DNA of 64,000 bases from Amoebophrya sp. A120 (taxonomy: Eukaryota > Protista > Dinoflagellata), in assembly GCA_905178155.1 (NCBI GenBank), contig CAJINV010000003.1, positions 5,277,700 through 5,341,699 on the forward strand. Direction: 5' to 3'. Below are positions 61,693 to 64,000 of this stretch, piece after piece. Within the stretch, counting starts at the first letter, position 1; every line of letters starts with the position of its first letter. Under the pieces are notes generated by a model. That model was not told the origin of the DNA. It saw nothing but the letters and a program-made list of their open reading frames with translations, and made no database searches. Made by a program: the position numbers and the translations under genes.

Positions 61693-64000
61693 ATGCCGCC
61701 GAAGATGAAGGTGAACATTCCGCCGAAGGGTGGGGCCCCCGGCGGCAAGAACACAGACGGTCCGGGCAAGGCGGAGGTGATTCTGGGGAAGCGCATCGAC
61801 CGCGGTATCAAGGAGTTTGAGGAGGACGCGCCAGGGTTTGGCGACGCCGACGGGCGACCCGAGGACCTGGACGGGAACCCCGAGCTGAAGGCTGCGATCG
61901 AGTGGCTCGAGGCGTTACTGAACGACCCGAACAAGCGGTTCGGGAAGAACGAGATGGCCAAGGTGGTGTACTTTCTGAACCGGTTCTACCACGTGAACTA
62001 CGTGGCGCGGCTGTGCATGGAGATCATCCTGAAAGTGCTGCAGTGGCCCTACTGCAGCCGGTTCGTGATGCAGCGGCTGCTGACGCAGCTGGACCTGCAC
62101 CTGCTGATGGAGACCTTCCCCAAGCTGATCCGCGTGCACGGGAACCGCAACCAGAAGATGCTGGGGTACACGCTGGCCGTGATGGGCTGCGTCGCCGACC
62201 TGGACGCGCGGCACTTCACGACGATGGACAAGAACGGGCAGCTCTACTTCCACGTGATCCAGTCCGCCCAGAACATGTACAAGTCGGACGCGGTGATGCT
62301 GAACACGCTCCTGTTCCTGCAGCGGTTGTGCGCCCCGTCGGCGGTGGACTTCTACCTGACCCGGGCCCAGAAGGCCGCGATGATGAAGCTGAGCCCCGCC
62401 CGGTTGGGGATGCCGCTCCGGGAAACTGAGACGCAGCAGACCACCGAGGTGCCGGAGAACCTGGACGCCACCGCGAACGCCGGCGACAGTCCGACCGACC
62501 GCAAGCGCGTCCAGATGCTGTCCAGTGTCGGCTTCGCCGACGAGATGCTCACGCAGTATCTGGTGTCCACGCAAACGGCGGGCGACATCTTCCTCGGGAA
62601 GGTCCAGTACTACTCCTACGGGAAAACCGAGGCCGACTACGAGGCGATCGGCGTTCGCAGCGGCCACCAAACGCAGCGGTTCGCCGCGGAAAAGTTCGTG
62701 GGGAAGCAGCTGGGGGCAAAGTACAAGGTGCCGCGGTTGCCCCGCTCAAACGTCGTCAGCATGATGCCGGGGGGCCGACTCCCCACGCCCGACGTTTACA
62801 CACCGACACCTCTTGGCAGCCTGTCGGGGGCGGCGACGCCGTTGTCGAACACCTCCCGCAGCAGCGCGCGGACCCCGCTGCTGAGCGACGTGGACGAGCT
62901 CGCGGAGCACAGTACGAGCCTTGCGAAGGCAGGTCGCAAGACCGGCGCATCTTCCGCTACTAAGGGCGGCAAAGGTGCTGGACCGGCGCCGAATAAAGCC
63001 GCTGCTGGCGGGGGCACGAATATAATTAAAGCTGCAACTGCTGGGTTGGATCCTGCGGGAAGTAGTAAGGAGGACAGCGAGATCTTGCCACCCGTTTCCG
63101 CGAAGGCGTCGTTGAAAAAGCAGGGAAGCAGCGCGAAGAAGGTGGGAAAGGCCAAGTCTTTTGCGAAAAGCCGAACGTCCACCTCACTAGAAGCAGCGCT
63201 CGGGTCTCCGGAGGACGAAGTGGAAGTGCCTCTGGTATATGATTTGGACAAGGACGAAGCTGTGCCGAGTGAGGTCGAGCGCATCCAGGAGGACCGCGAA
63301 CGCAAGGCGTGGCTGGATACCAAGCAGGCCACTCTGGAGTATTGTGACTTCTACACGCGCATTCGGGATTGCCACCTGAAGAACCAGGTTCAGCTCTTTT
63401 CCTCCGGCGCCCTGGAGTGGTTGCTGACCGTACTGCAGCAGCTCGCCGTGCCGCCGATCTACCACCGCGCGCCCAAGTCGGTCAAGACCAAAGAAGAAAA
63501 GGAAGAGGACGCGCAGCGGGCCGCGGAAAAGAAGGCCCGCGAAGAAGAGGCCCGTCGCCTTGCGGAGGAGGAGGAGCGGAAGCGCCTGGAAGCGGAAGAG
63601 GCCGCACGCAAGGCAGAGGAGGAGAAGAACAAGCCGCCTAGTAGCGCGGGGAAGCGGTCGCGTACCCCGCCGTCTGCGGGAAAAGCCGGCGGTTCCTCCC
63701 GCGGGCGCGGCCGCTCCCCCCCTCGCTCCGGTAGCACGGTGGGGAAAACATTACAGGCGTCTGGCTCTGGAGGTGGTCTGATCGAAGACGGCATAGATAC
63801 CACTACCGGATTGCCGGTGGACCCTGCAGCAGCAGCACTTCCGCAGGCAGACGCGACTGCGCCTGAGATCGCGGACGCGGCGGAAAATGCGGGGGAAGTA
63901 ACAGGCTTAGCGGATCAACAAGAGAACAATTCCGTATCGCAGGACGTAACCGGGACGGAGCAGGGCCAGGAGAGCAAATCGATTTCGCAATCCAAATCCA
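61693..64000 (+). CDS. large hypothetical protein (helical N-terminal region), runs off the window
   Basis: ATG at 61693 begins MPPKMKVNIPPKGG...; GC3-rich frame apparently open to the window end. Confidence 0.7.
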   Translation, partial: MPPKMKVNIPPKGGAPGGKNTDGPGKAEVILGKRIDRGIKEFEEDAPGFGDADGRPEDLDGNPELKAAIEWLEALLNDPNKRFGKNEMAKVVYFLNRFYHVNYVARLCMEIILKVLQWPYCSRFVMQRLLTQLDLHLLMETFPKLIRVHGNRNQKMLGYTLAVMGCVADLDARHFTTMDKNGQLYFHVIQSAQNMYKSDAVMLNTLLFLQRLCAPSAVDFYLTRAQKAAMMKLSPARLGMPLRETETQQTTEVPENLDATANAGDSPTDRKRVQMLSSVGFADEMLTQYLVSTQTAGDIFLGKVQYYSYGKTEADYEAIGVRSGHQTQRFAAEKFVGKQLGAKYKVPRLPRSNVVSMMPGGRLPTPDVYTPTPLGSLSGAATPLSNTSRSSARTPLLSDVDELAEHSTSLAKAGRKTGASSATKGGKGAGPAPNKAAAGGGTNIIKAATAGLDPAGSSKEDSEILPPVSAKASLKKQGSSAKKVGKAKSFAKSRTSTSLEAALGSPEDEVEVPLVYDLDKDEAVPSEVERIQEDRERKAWLDTKQATLEYCDFYTRIRDCHLKNQVQLFSSGALEWLLTVLQQLAVPPIYHRAPKSVKTKEEKEEDAQRAAEKKAREEEARRLAEEEERKRLEAEEAARKAEEEKNKPPSSAGKRSRTPPSAGKAGGSSRGRGRSPPRSGSTVGKTLQASGSGGGLIEDGIDTTTGLPVDPAAAALPQADATAPEIADAAENAGEVTGLADQQENNSVSQDVTGTEQGQESKSISQSKS

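Noticed and set aside
61915-62670. Long minus-strand ORFs here and opposite other genes
   Set aside because: Shadow ORFs produced by GC3-rich coding sequence on the + strand.

Overview
Eukaryotic nuclear DNA, most likely an Amoebophrya-like (Syndiniales/dinoflagellate) genome. This is inferred from a 64-kb block of host genes all on the + strand, with a mix of GT-AG introns and many non-canonical, transposon-like introns. Recognisable genes: a J-domain protein, UDP-glucose 4-epimerase, a TCAIM/DUF4460-like protein, a small mitochondrial protein, an HD-domain hydrolase, a LicD-family protein, an RRM/LRR protein, an ERMP1-like M28 peptidase, an Aa_trans transporter, SRBD1/Tex and a bestrophin-like protein. 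I mapped 18 complete and 1 truncated introner elements (about 8 families, 150-311 bp, TAT...ATA/GTA inverted ends, 5-bp target duplication). Removing each complete element plus one duplication restores the reading frame, and in three genes it rebuilds conserved motifs. The most unusual feature is a pair of direct-repeat-bounded elements (14721-17569 and 19292-20236). Their terminal repeat encodes a tyrosine-recombinase-like catalytic box (R-V/A-SEFL), so the recombinase appears split and circularly permuted. The larger element carries an antisense cargo gene with six introners and can be read as one GT-AG intron of the LicD gene. Other inserts bounded by 50-60-bp direct repeats and tandem long hairpins also occur. 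All calls come from manual reading; no database searches were run.
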